64,000 bases of DNA from an uncultured Planctomycetota bacterium (GTDB taxonomy: Bacteria; Planctomycetota; Planctomycetia; Isosphaerales; Isosphaeraceae), in NCBI GenBank assembly GCA_963737655.1, contig CAVTTN010000002.1, positions 5,728,001-5,792,000 of the forward strand. Reading direction: 5' to 3'. Positions 19,565 through 31,648 of the stretch are shown here, piece by piece (within the stretch, counting starts at the first letter, position 1; each line of letters opens with the position of its first letter). A program made the translations under genes and the position numbers. The notes beneath the pieces were generated by a model. The model searched no databases. It saw only the letters and a list, made by a program, of their open reading frames with translations, and was not told the DNA's origin.

Positions 19565-20341
19565 TCAGGTGCCGAACTCGGGCCTGCGGGTGGAGAGCTG
19601 GGACTGGAGCCTCTGGATGATCGACGAGTGCATCTGCGAGACGCGCGACTCGCTGAGGTCGAGCGTGGCGCCGATCTCCTTCATCGTCAGCTCTTCATAG
19701 TAGTAGAGGATGATGATCAGCCTCTCGTTGCGGTTGAGGCCCTTGGTGACCATCCTCATGAGGTCCTTGCGCTGGAGCCTCCGGGTGGGGTCCTCGCCCT
19801 TCTTGTCCTCGAGGATGTCGATCTCGCGGACGTCTTTATAGCTGTCGGTCTCGTACCATTTCTTGTTCAGGGAGATGAGTCCGACGGCGTTGGCGTCGGC
19901 GGACATCTTGTCGTACTCCTCCATCGGCAGGCCGAGCCTCTCGGCGAGTTCGGCGTCGGTGGGGGGCCGCCCGTGCTGGGCTTCGAGGGACTTCCTGGCC
20001 TCCTCCATCTTGGTGTGCTTGGAGCGCACCAGGCGGGGGACCCAGTCCATGGTGCGAAGTTCGTCGAGCATGGCCCCTCGGATCCGGGGGACGCAGTACG
20101 TCTCGAACTTCACGCCGCGGGAGAGGTCGAAGGCGTCGATGGCGTCCATCAGGCCGAAGACGCCGGCCGAGATCAGGTCGTCGAGGTCGACGCCCTCGGG
20201 CAGGCGCTGCCAGATCCGCTCGGCGTTGTACTTGACCAGGGGCAAGTAGCGCTCGACCAGGCGGTTCCGCAAGGGCGTGGTGGGCTGCTCCTTGAACTCG
20301 CGCCAGAGTTCGGTGACGTCCACGTCCAGCTTGGTTGGCAT
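19565..20341 (-). CDS. fliA: FliA/WhiG-family sigma factor (sigma28)
   Basis: DLISAGVFGLMDAI, RIRGAMLDELRTMDWVPR and LYYYEELTMKEIG...SESRVSQMH motifs. Confidence 0.95.
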   Translation of the reverse strand: MPTKLDVDVTELWREFKEQPTTPLRNRLVERYLPLVKYNAERIWQRLPEGVDLDDLISAGVFGLMDAIDAFDLSRGVKFETYCVPRIRGAMLDELRTMDWVPRLVRSKHTKMEEARKSLEAQHGRPPTDAELAERLGLPMEEYDKMSADANAVGLISLNKKWYETDSYKDVREIDILEDKKGEDPTRRLQRKDLMRMVTKGLNRNERLIIILYYYEELTMKEIGATLDLSESRVSQMHSSIIQRLQSQLSTRRPEFGT

Positions 20342-20620
20342 CCTTGCCCTCCATGACAGGTCTTGCGGGGGCCTCGGCGCATCCTGCGTCCGGGGCCGGG
20401 GTCGCGGCGATCGGCCGGGGGGTCGTCGCGGCCTCGGCGGCGGGCTCGGCCCGTGATCCCGGCGAGAGGGTCTCGCCGGGCGGCCTCCCGCCCCTCCTTC
20501 GCGTCGCGCGGTCGGGGGAACTTCGGCATTCGCGGTGAGTCTGTTATCGGGTCGCCGGCACAACCGGCTTGAGCCTCAGAATCGGAACCTTCGCGGCGGC
20601 CGGGCGGCCCGCGACGGCCG

Positions 20621-21511
20621 TCATCCCGCCACCCGGCCCAGCGCTCGTCTCGCGGTCAGGCTGGCGAAGAACCCGGGCTTCGGCGGCCTCGGGTGGCGTT
20701 CCTCGATCAACGTGGTCGCCAGCTGGCGGACGCATCGCGAGGCGAGCGAGTTCGGGAATGCCGAGACGAACGGCTTCCTCAGGCGGACGGCCCTCGGCAC
20801 GCTGTCGTCCGAGCGGACGTACCCCAGGGGCGCCACCACCGTCCCGAGGAAATGCCGGCTCGAGGCCGCCAGCCTCGCCAGGCAGTCGGCCGCCTCGGCG
20901 TTCGAGTGCGCCTGGTTGACGATCAGGCGGAGCGCCAGGTCTCGCGAGGGCCGGCCGAGCCGACGCAGGGCCGCGTGGGCGTCGGCCACCGAGGTCGGCT
21001 CGGGCGTGGTGACCAGGACGACGCCATCGGCGGCCGCGGCGAGCGTGGCGATCGACGGATTCAGGCCGCTCCCGGCGTCGATCAGCAGGAAATCGGCCCC
21101 CGCCTCGAGCTCGGCGAGCTCGGAAGCGACGCGGCGGGGGGCGTCGGCCAGGACCTCGGGGGCGGTCCTCGTCCCGTGGGCCCCGGGCAGGATGCGGACG
21201 TCGGCCGGCCCGTTGACGATCGCGTCGGCCAGGGGCCGGCCCCCCGCCAGGACGTCGCCGAGGTCGCACCCCGGCGCCAGCCCGCAGAGCAGATCCAGGT
21301 TCGCCAGGCCGAAATCGGCGTCGATCAGGGCGACCCTCTGGCCCTGCTCGCCCAGGGCGATGGCCAGGTTCAGCGCGAGGTTGGAGGTCCCCACGCCCCC
21401 CTTGCCGCTGGTGAACACGAGCGACCGGGCCGAGGGGGGCGGGGTCGGCTCGGGGGCCGGGCCCTCCCTCGTTCGGATCAGCCTCCTCAACACGTCGGCC
21501 TGATCGGACAT
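20621..21511 (-). CDS. flhG: FlhG/FleN (MinD/ParA family) with variant Walker A
   Basis: N-terminal DQADVLR; SGKGGVGTSN; IDADFGLAN; TTPEPTSVADA; located between flhF and fliA. Confidence 0.85.
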   Translation of the reverse strand: MSDQADVLRRLIRTREGPAPEPTPPPSARSLVFTSGKGGVGTSNLALNLAIALGEQGQRVALIDADFGLANLDLLCGLAPGCDLGDVLAGGRPLADAIVNGPADVRILPGAHGTRTAPEVLADAPRRVASELAELEAGADFLLIDAGSGLNPSIATLAAAADGVVLVTTPEPTSVADAHAALRRLGRPSRDLALRLIVNQAHSNAEAADCLARLAASSRHFLGTVVAPLGYVRSDDSVPRAVRLRKPFVSAFPNSLASRCVRQLATTLIEERHPRPPKPGFFASLTARRALGRVAG

Positions 21512-21596
21512 GTTCCCCCCTTGATGGTGCAGGAGATGCACCGAGCGCGTCCCCGGCCGTTCCGGAGAGGCGGTGGCGCCGGCGGCCCGGCTCGCG

Positions 21597-22731
21597 TCAG
21601 TCATGGGCGGAGACCTCCTCGTGACCCAGGATCAGGGCGGCGAGCCGTCGGCGGTCGGCCGGCTCGATGTCGTCGGGGACGGCCTGGCCGGTCGTCAGGT
21701 AACTCACCGGGCGGTCGGCCCCGCCGATCACGGCGAGGACCCCGCCGAGGCCGTCGGCCTCGTCCAGCTTCGTCAGGATCAGGCGGTCGGCGCGGACCGC
21801 CGAGAACCGCTCCACGGCCGATCGCAAGCTCCGCTCGGCCGACGTGGCGCTCAGCACCAGGTGGACCTCGTCGGGCCTCGCCGCCGTCAAGAAGTCGGCA
21901 AGCTCGCGGATCTTCACCTCGTCCCTCGGAGAACGTCCCGCCGTGTCGATGAGCACCAGATCCACATCCCCGAGGGCGTCGATCGCCGCCCTCATCTCGC
22001 CCGGCGCGTTGGCGACGGCCAGGGGAAGGTCGATGATCTCGGCATAAGTGCGCAATTGTTCGACGGCGGCGATCCGGTACGTGTCGACGGTCACCAGGCC
22101 GGGCCTCAGCCCGTGGACCAGCTTGAAATTCGCGGCGAGCTTCGCCACCGTGGTCGTCTTGCCCACGCCCGTCGGCCCCACCAGGGCCACGACCTTCCGC
22201 GTCCCGGGGACGACCGAGATCGGCGGGGCGATCGGCAAGCACGTCTCGACGGCCTCACGCAGGGCGTCGCGGACGGCCTCGGGCCGGCGGGCGTCGTCCG
22301 GCTCGAGGCGGTCGGCGACGATCCTCACGAGCCTCCGGGCCAGGACCTCGGGCACCTCGGCCTCAAGGAGGGTCGCATAGGTCGGGACGAGATGGCCGGG
22401 GAGGTCCAGGATCAGGTGATCGAGCCGGCCCGAGTTGCTCAGCGCCTCGACCATCGCATGCAAACGCCCGAGCTGCTCGCCGAACTGCGATTGAAAGGCC
22501 GGAGACGCCGGCTGAGGGGCGATCGTCGGCACCGCGAACCCGGCCGAAGGGGCCTGGGCCTGGCGACTGGCGGTGACTTCGATCAGCTCCCGGGTGCCGA
22601 GGCCGAACATCCGCCGGCGGCGGACCTCGCGAGTGCCGAGGATCACGGCCGACCCGCCGAGGTCCCGGCGAGGCCTGCGCCAGGGCCTCTCGCATCGTGC
22701 CCGCCCGGTAGGTCCTGGAGGTCGTGGTCAT
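21597..22731 (-). CDS. flhF: SRP-family GTPase FlhF; frameshift at ~22670
   Basis: N-terminus RTYRAGTMREALAQ/RRDLGGSAVILGTREV is split across two frames; GPTGVGKTT, DTYRIAAVEQL, DTAGRS, TKLDE and GQAVPDDI motifs. Confidence 0.9.
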
Positions 22732-22798
22732 CGGTTCGGGTGCAGGTCTGCACCGTCCTTCATGCGATTTTCTTGACAAATCATCACATGTGGCGATT

Positions 22799-22831
22799 CC
22801 CTCGTTCCCACGCGGAGCGTGGGAACGAGGG
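22799..22831. repeat. REP-like palindrome CCCTCGTTCCCACGC-GGA-GCGTGGGAACGAGGG inside the flhA-flhF operon
   Basis: Perfect 15-bp stem. Confidence 0.75.
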
Positions 22832-22856
22832 GTGGCGGTGGGCGCTCGTCGGGGGA

Positions 22857-24986
22857 TCAGGCATACATTTCCTCCACTTCCTCGACGACCGTGCCCACGG
22901 ACTCGACCGGCAAGTCTCTCGGGATCTCGCGCTGGCCGAGGACGGCGAGCCTGGGGAGGTCGGCCCGGGTGAGGTCTTTCAGCACCGGGCGGGCCTCGGT
23001 GGAGCAGAGGATCACGGGCGGGAATCCGGCCTCGGCCATCGCGTGGACGGCCAGGGCGACGGCCCGGACGACGGCCCTGGCGGCGTCGGCCCCGAAGGCG
23101 TCGGCCGGTCGGGTGTCGGACTGGATCCCGGCCTCGGCCAGCCGTTCTTCCAGCGATCGCGAGAGCGTGGCGACCCTCAGGCGGCCGTCGGGCGAGAGGT
23201 GGGCCGCGGCGATCTGCCGGCCCAGGGCGCGGCGGGCGTGCTCCGTGAGGGCGTCGGTGTCGCGGGTCTTCCCCGCGTGCTCGGCCAGGGCTTCGAGGAT
23301 GGTTTCCAGGTCGCGGACGCTCACCCGCTCGCGGACCAGGGCCTGCAAGACGCGCTGGACCTCGCCCGCGCGGAGCATCCCGGGCACGACCTCATCGACC
23401 AGCGCGGCGGACGTGGCCCGGGCCCTCTCCAGCAATCGGCGGACCTGTTCGTGAGTCATGAGTTCGTCGGCATGATTCAGGACGACCTCGCCGAAATGCC
23501 CGGCGACGACGGCCGACGCCTCCAGGACCCGGCAGCCGGCGAGCTCGGCCACCTCTCGGCCGTCGGCGTGGATCCACACGGCCGGGTCGCCCGAGACCGG
23601 GTCGATCCCGTCCCGGCCGTCGGGCCTCTGCACCATCCCGGCCGGCGGGACGGCCAGCAGCCGCCCGGCGTAGGCGATCCCCCGGCCCACGGCCACTCCT
23701 CGAATCTTCAAGCAGTATTCATGAGGCCCCAACGCGATTTCGTCACGGATTCTCACCTGAGGGACGATCAATCCCAGCTCGCGGGCCACTCGCTGGCGGA
23801 CGGTGCGGATGCGGTCGAGCAGGTCGCCGCCCCGGGTCGGGTCCACCGAGCTGATCAGCCGGTATCCGACCTCCAGCTCCAGGGGATCGACCTGGAGCAG
23901 GTCCTCCATCCGGTCGGAATGGTGCTCGGGAGGAGGCGCCGGGGCGGCGGGGATCGCCGATTCCACCTCTTCCGCGAGATTCTCCGAAATGTTCACCCGG
24001 CGATTCGAGAGCACGACGGCGCCGGCCCCGAGCGCCCCGGAGAGCGTGAGCATCGGCACCTTGGGCAGCGCGGTGAACGCCAAAATCGCGAGGAAGCCGG
24101 AGGCCACGCCCAGGACGATCGGCCGGGAGAACAACTGGCCGATCACGTCCTCGCCGAGGTCGCTCTCGGAGCTCGACCGGGTGACGATCAGTCCGGCGGC
24201 CAGGGAGATCAGGAACGCCGGGACCTGGCTGACGAGGCCGTCGCCGATGGTCAGCTTGGTGAACACGCCGACGGCCTCGGAGAGCGGCATCCCATGCTCG
24301 AACATGCCGAGATACAGGCCGGCGGCGATGTTGACCAGGGTGATCAGGACGCCCGCGACGGCATCGCCCCGGACGAACTTGCCGGCCCCGTCCATGGCGC
24401 CGAAGAAGTCGGCCTGGCGATAGAGCGAGTCCCGGCGGCGGGCGGCCTCGTCGCCGTCGATCAGGCCGGAGTGGAGGTCGGCGTCGATGGCCATCTGCCG
24501 GCCGGGGAGGCCGTCGAGCATGAACCGGGCGGCCACCTCGCTGATCCGCGTGGCCCCCTTGGTGATCACGACGAACTGGATCACCACGAGGATCGCGAAC
24601 AGGATGGCGCCGACGACGACCTGCTCGCCCGCCACGAAGTCGCCGAACGCGCGGATCACCCCGCCGGCCGCTTCGAGGCCGTCGGTGCCGCCTCTGGTCA
24701 GGATCAATCGCGTGGTCGCCACGTTCAGGACCAGCCGGGTGAGCGTGGTGACGACCAGGAGGCTCGGGAACGCGCTGAATTCCAGGGGGGTGCGGATCGT
24801 GAGGACCGTCAGGAGGATCAGCACGGCGGCGGTGATGTTGGCGGAGATCAGCAGGTCCAGGGCCAGCGGCGGCAACGGGACGAGGAATACGGCGATCGCG
24901 CCGACGATCGTGATCGGCAGGGCGAGCCCGGCCCATCGCGACGCACCGGCTCGATCGATTCCGCTTCGGATCGCTTCGGGAGGCAT
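22857..24986 (-). CDS. flhA: Flagellar/type III export gate protein FlhA
   Basis: EFSAFPSLL, QFVVITKGATRISEVAARFMLDGLPGRQMAIDADL, FFGAMDGAGKFVRGDA, LTIGDGLVSQVP and LELEVGYRL motifs. Confidence 0.95.
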   Translation of the reverse strand: MPPEAIRSGIDRAGASRWAGLALPITIVGAIAVFLVPLPPLALDLLISANITAAVLILLTVLTIRTPLEFSAFPSLLVVTTLTRLVLNVATTRLILTRGGTDGLEAAGGVIRAFGDFVAGEQVVVGAILFAILVVIQFVVITKGATRISEVAARFMLDGLPGRQMAIDADLHSGLIDGDEAARRRDSLYRQADFFGAMDGAGKFVRGDAVAGVLITLVNIAAGLYLGMFEHGMPLSEAVGVFTKLTIGDGLVSQVPAFLISLAAGLIVTRSSSESDLGEDVIGQLFSRPIVLGVASGFLAILAFTALPKVPMLTLSGALGAGAVVLSNRRVNISENLAEEVESAIPAAPAPPPEHHSDRMEDLLQVDPLELEVGYRLISSVDPTRGGDLLDRIRTVRQRVARELGLIVPQVRIRDEIALGPHEYCLKIRGVAVGRGIAYAGRLLAVPPAGMVQRPDGRDGIDPVSGDPAVWIHADGREVAELAGCRVLEASAVVAGHFGEVVLNHADELMTHEQVRRLLERARATSAALVDEVVPGMLRAGEVQRVLQALVRERVSVRDLETILEALAEHAGKTRDTDALTEHARRALGRQIAAAHLSPDGRLRVATLSRSLEERLAEAGIQSDTRPADAFGADAARAVVRAVALAVHAMAEAGFPPVILCSTEARPVLKDLTRADLPRLAVLGQREIPRDLPVESVGTVVEEVEEMYA

Positions 24987-25295
24987 CCGTTCCTCCGCCG
25001 CAAGTTCAGTTCAGTTCGGTTCAAGCCCGGAGAGTCGTCCCCCTCTCGCTCGCATCGAGAGGAGGGGGAGCGTCGGCTGGGCCTCCATGCCCGGCCGTCG
25101 CCCCTCGCCGGCCCCGAGGCGAAATTCGCCCGAGGCCGGTGGAAGTTTCGGTCGTCGATCGTGACGGGTCGGGGGTGTGTCGCGAGGGGAGATGGGCGTC
25201 GCGTCGGACGTGTGGCGGGACGATATCCCCGGTCGGCCCGGATGTCCAGATCGGAATCGCCGTGGGTTCACGGCCGAGTCGCGAACGCCAGTCTT

Positions 25296-25356
25296 CGTAG
25301 GGCAGGCCTTGGCCTGCCGCCTTCGCGGATCTCGGCAGGCCAAGGCCTGCCCTACG
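25296..25356. repeat. REP doublet, family A
   Basis: CGTAGGGCAGGCCTTGGCCTGCCG...CGGCAGGCCAAGGCCTGCCCTACG. Confidence 0.9.
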
Positions 25357-25382
25357 TGAGTGCCATCCGATCGTGAACCGCT

Positions 25383-26168
25383 CTAGAGCAAGCTCTCCAG
25401 CAACAGCTTGAGCTTGCGGACCTCGACCTCGACGTCGAACGGGTTCTCGATGCCGTCGTGGATCGCGACGGTGAGCGCCCGGTTGTAGCCGTGGCGTTCG
25501 AGCTGGCTGACGACCTTGCCGTACTCGACCTCGCCCTGGCCCACCTTCACCTGGAATTCGCCGGGCTTCTTGCCGGTGTCGCGGAAATAGACGTTCTGGA
25601 CGTAGGGATAAACCTCGTCGAACGACCCATTCTGATGAGGTCCGTAGATATAATGGCTCGGGTCGAGCGTCAATCCCAGGCCCGGGACGCTCCTGCACAA
25701 CGCCACGGCGGCGGCGGGGTCGGCCGTGATCTTCTCGGAGTGGGTGAGGACGGTCAAAACGAGTCCCTGGCGGGTCGCGACCTCGTTCAACTCGCGGAGC
25801 CGGGCCACTTCCTCGTCGAACGGGGTGCCCAGGGGGGCGGCGGGGATGGTCAGGACGGCGACGGTCAACGGCTTGGCCAGCCGGCACATCGCCTCGAACC
25901 GCTTGCGATAGGTCTTCGCGTCGACGTCGCCGAAGTCCAGGTCCAGGGCCGACGGAGTGAGGCTCGGCCCGTAGCGGACGCGATGGAGGGTGCCCTCGGG
26001 GTCCTCGGCCGCGACGCTGGGGCGGAGGTGAGGGCTGTCCTCGACGATCGCCAGGTCGATCTTGCCGAATTCGAGCTCGGCGATATGACGGAGGGCCGAC
26101 TCCAGCGGCTCCTTCGAGAAGCAGAGTGTGCTGCAAGCGACGAACAACCGGCCCTCCTCGCCCTCCAT
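25383..26168 (-). CDS. Sugar phosphate isomerase/epimerase (xylose isomerase-like TIM barrel); start codon uncertain
   Basis: FVACSTLCF, GLTLDPSHY, VYFRD and VGQGEVEY...GYNRALTV motifs. Confidence 0.8.
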   Translation of the reverse strand: MEGEEGRLFVACSTLCFSKEPLESALRHIAELEFGKIDLAIVEDSPHLRPSVAAEDPEGTLHRVRYGPSLTPSALDLDFGDVDAKTYRKRFEAMCRLAKPLTVAVLTIPAAPLGTPFDEEVARLRELNEVATRQGLVLTVLTHSEKITADPAAAVALCRSVPGLGLTLDPSHYIYGPHQNGSFDEVYPYVQNVYFRDTGKKPGEFQVKVGQGEVEYGKVVSQLERHGYNRALTVAIHDGIENPFDVEVEVRKLKLLLESLL

Positions 26169-26329
26169 GGGGCTGGCGCTCGCGGGACCTCATCTCATCT
26201 CCGGGCAATTCCGTGCGAGTGATCTTATCGCAAGGAAGAAACCGGGGGTAGGCCAGTCGCGGACGACGGCGACGACGCCGAGAGGTCCTCGATGGACCGT
26301 TTCCACGACTCGCTCCGCATCGGCCCGGC

Positions 26330-26671
26330 TCAATACTCGAAGAGGGCTTCGAGACGTTCGAGGATCGAATCCATCGTGGCCTGGGAAACGCTGCCCCATC
26401 GATTCTTGAGGCGCTGTTTCGAGATCGATCGGACGGCCTCGCACATCGCGAAGCTCGTGGCCGACAGTCCACCTTCGGGCGGTTCGACCCGCACATGGAG
26501 CGCGACCCCGCGATCCGTCCGGGTGAACGGGACCGCGACGACCAGGTCGGCGGGACCGTCGTTGAATTCATCGACCGAGACGACCAGGACAGGGCGAGTC
26601 CCCGCTTGCTCACGCCCCCGCGTGGGGTCGAGTTCCGCGACCCACACCTCACCCTGCCGCAACGTCGGCAT
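26330..26671 (-). CDS. mazF: PemK/MazF-family toxin (endoribonuclease)
   Basis: RQGEVWVAELDPTRGREQAGTRPVLVVS...MCEAVRSISKQRL. Confidence 0.92.
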   Translation of the reverse strand: MPTLRQGEVWVAELDPTRGREQAGTRPVLVVSVDEFNDGPADLVVAVPFTRTDRGVALHVRVEPPEGGLSATSFAMCEAVRSISKQRLKNRWGSVSQATMDSILERLEALFEY

Positions 26672-27128
26672 CGTCCGGCTCCCCCTCCAGCCCATCGGCG
26701 AGCGTGGCGTCCCACTCGTCCCGTTCCCTCGTCATCTCCGCCCACGCCTCCAGGTCGGAGCGGAGCCTGGCATAGGCCTCGTTCGCCTGCGAGATCAGCG
26801 TGCCGCCACTCGCACGCCGCAGGGCGCGCCCCGAGGGAGAGCGGGTCCCCTCCACTTCGGTCCGCATCGCCGGATCGCGTCGAAGTCTCTGGGCCATCAA
26901 GCTAAGAAAAAGCATCTCATCAAGAGAGGGAAAGGTCTCGGTTGATCCGCCCCGGAGTTCCGAGGAGGGACCTGGAGGCAGTGCCAGAGTGAGCCGTCGG
27001 ACCGCTTCGTCCACCCCGATCGTCTCGGCGAGCCACAGGATACGGTCCTTCTCCTCGGCGGTCAAAGACCCGCGACGGCCGTGAGTGGCGACGGGGGCCT
27101 GGAAGAAACGGGAGCGGTCGGAGGACAT
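26649..27128 (-). CDS. Putative cognate antitoxin with atypical N-terminus
   Basis: Overlaps the toxin start; acidic C-terminus QANEAYARLRSD..AWAE...ERDEWDATLADGLE is typical of mazF-upstream antitoxins. Confidence 0.6.
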   Translation of the reverse strand: MSSDRSRFFQAPVATHGRRGSLTAEEKDRILWLAETIGVDEAVRRLTLALPPGPSSELRGGSTETFPSLDEMLFLSLMAQRLRRDPAMRTEVEGTRSPSGRALRRASGGTLISQANEAYARLRSDLEAWAEMTRERDEWDATLADGLEGEPDDADVAAG

Positions 27129-27463
27129 GGCAAACCTCGCATCCGGCGAATCCGGGCCGATCTCCGACGGTCCGGCGGCGGCACGCTCGACCGCCTCCCC
27201 GAATTCTACCCTGTCCGACCGGGCCTGTCCCCGGGCTCTTTCCGAGCCTTCCCTTCGGCCGCGAGGCGTCGGAATCGCTCGGCGACCTGGGCATCGCGGG
27301 CCTCCGGCGTCGGAGGGGGCGGGGTCCGGGGCATCGGGTCGGCCTCCTCGGGAGGGGCGAGGGTCGAAGCGGCCCATCCGCCCGGCCCGCCGCCTCCCGA
27401 CGATTTTATCCCCCGACCGGCCCTCCACGAACAGGCCATCGCGGCCCGCCCCGGACGCCCCGA

Positions 27464-28504
27464 TCAATCCCGACGCCCCGCCACCCGGAGCGAGCCGAGC
27501 CGACGCCGGGCCGCCCAGCCCAGGAGGGCCGCGACGCCGAGGGCCAGCGCCGTCGGCTCGGGCACGGCGTTGGGGGTCATGAGGTAGGCGTGGTGCTCGC
27601 CATTCACTTCGGCGTCGAAAGCGATCTGACCCCGATTGTTCAGGCCGACGAGGTCGGTGATCGTTACCCCGCCGAGCGACTGCACGAGGTCGGACAGGTC
27701 GGTCATCGTGCCGTTCTGATACAGGAATGCGTGAACACCCGAGGATGCAGTGTCCGAGAGCCCGATGATCTGGCCCGAGTCGTTGATGTGCGTGGCCGTG
27801 CTCGTGGTCCCCCCGGGGAGCGTCCCCAGGTCCATCATCTTGCCCCCGCTGAAGAGGAAAGCGTGGGAGGGTGTCGAGGTGAAGGAGGACCCGCCGCCGA
27901 CAACTTGGCCCGAGTTGTTGACGGAGTATGCGGCGGCCGAGGTCTCGCCGGGGAGGGTGCCGAGATCGAGGACCCCGCCCCCGGAAATCAAGAAGGGATG
28001 GAAGACGGCTGCGCTGGACGTCGTCGAAAACACCTGCATCTCGCCGACGACCTGCCTTGAATCGTTGATCCCGTCGGCCCGACTCTCGGTGGAGATCCCG
28101 GGAATCGGCGTGACGGTTCCCCCAACCTGGGTCGCGGCGACCTCGCCGTTAATGCGGGTGCTGATGGTGCTACCCGCCACCTCACCAGAATTGCTGATCG
28201 CTCTTGCGTTGAAGTTGTTCGCGGTCGTCGCAAACTGGCCGCCGTCGTTGATCCCCGTCCCGCCCGTGGCGATCTGCGACATCTTGCCGTCGCTATAGAT
28301 GTAGGGAACGCCCCCCGACGAGCCGATGACCTGACCGAGGTTGTTCAGGCCGGTCACTGTGGTATTGCTCGCCCCCGGGAGCGACCCCAGGTCGGTGATC
28401 GTGTACCGCGACGCATCGGCCCGGGCTATCGCCGCCGAGAGGGCGAGCATCAGGGCCGCCGCGATCGGCGCGGACTTCCGACGGGCCTTCGCATTCGCTC
28501 TCAT
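27464..28504 (-). CDS. PEP-CTERM protein with HAF extracellular repeats
   Basis: YTITDLGSL, INDSGQIIG, HAFLY and MTDL repeats; C-terminal VPEPTALAL-TM-RRR. Confidence 0.9.
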   Translation of the reverse strand: MRANAKARRKSAPIAAALMLALSAAIARADASRYTITDLGSLPGASNTTVTGLNNLGQVIGSSGGVPYIYSDGKMSQIATGGTGINDGGQFATTANNFNARAISNSGEVAGSTISTRINGEVAATQVGGTVTPIPGISTESRADGINDSRQVVGEMQVFSTTSSAAVFHPFLISGGGVLDLGTLPGETSAAAYSVNNSGQVVGGGSSFTSTPSHAFLFSGGKMMDLGTLPGGTTSTATHINDSGQIIGLSDTASSGVHAFLYQNGTMTDLSDLVQSLGGVTITDLVGLNNRGQIAFDAEVNGEHHAYLMTPNAVPEPTALALGVAALLGWAARRRLGSLRVAGRRD

Positions 28505-28667
28505 GGCTCACCTTCCCTGGCGCGAGTTCCCGAGCGGTCGGGGCCGGGCCCCGGCCATCCATGATCGGGCGTGGCGAATCTACCGAGGGGGGATCGATCC
28601 GACAAGGCGAATCCGTGGCCCACGAAGGCCGTGGCGCCCGGCCTTCCGATCCGCTATCCTGATCCCC

Positions 28668-29096
28668 ATGCCCGATATTCCGCCCCCGGACCCCGCCGAT
28701 CATGCCGAGGACTTCGCCCGTCGCTACGCGCGTGACCTCGACGCCTACTGCGCCGTCCGGATGGACGAATTAGGGATTCCCCAGCAGATCCAGGGGGCGG
28801 ATGACCTCCGCCCTCGCATGACGTGGTGCGCCTTCGATCCCCCCGGCCGGAGCGGCGGCAACATCTCCCGCGGGATCACCGTCAATTCCGGCGTCCTCAA
28901 CCCCGACCTGCTCAAAGGCCGAGGCCGCCGCGTCTGGGCAAAGGCGAGGCTCCGGGACCGCATCGACGCCGTGATCGCCCATGAATACGAGGAATCGCGG
29001 ACCGTCGATCACGACGCGGCCCTGAAAGCGGCGGCCAGGACCGGGCTCCCGGTCACGGACGGGGCGAGGCGCATCCTCCGGGCGATGGCGCGGTAG
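28668..29096 (+). CDS. Hypothetical protein with a zincin-like IAHEYEE motif
   Basis: MPDIPPPDPADHAEDF...GITVNSGVLNPDL...RIDAVIAHEYEE. Confidence 0.65.
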   Translation: MPDIPPPDPADHAEDFARRYARDLDAYCAVRMDELGIPQQIQGADDLRPRMTWCAFDPPGRSGGNISRGITVNSGVLNPDLLKGRGRRVWAKARLRDRIDAVIAHEYEESRTVDHDAALKAAARTGLPVTDGARRILRAMAR

Positions 29097-31428
<2,332 letters not shown>

Positions 31429-31464
31429 GGGCGACCTCGATCGAGCGGAGCGGCGCCGGGTTCC

Positions 31465-31526
31465 GTCGGGCAGGCCTCGGCCTGCCGATTCGCGAGGACG
31501 GCAGGCCGAGCCGAGGCCCGCCCTGC
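31465..31526. repeat. REP doublet, family A (degenerate, with a 5-bp CCGAG duplication)
   Basis: GTCGGGCAGGCCTCGGCCTGCCG...CGGCAGGCCGAGCCGAGGCCCGCCCTGC. Confidence 0.8.
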
Positions 31527-31648
31527 GAGGACGAGTTCGGTCCCTCCGGGAATCTGGCGGGTTGAGCTGTCTCTAGTTGATGGTCCGAATCGAAGCGAAT
31601 CGAAGCGAAGCGGTGGTCGAACCGGAAACGTCAGCAAGGAGGCGTGAC

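Noticed and set aside
21573..25376. 1267-aa plus-strand ORF and many other long overlapping ORFs
   Set aside because: These are antisense shadows of real genes (here flhA/flhF), expected in high-GC DNA, and have no motifs.
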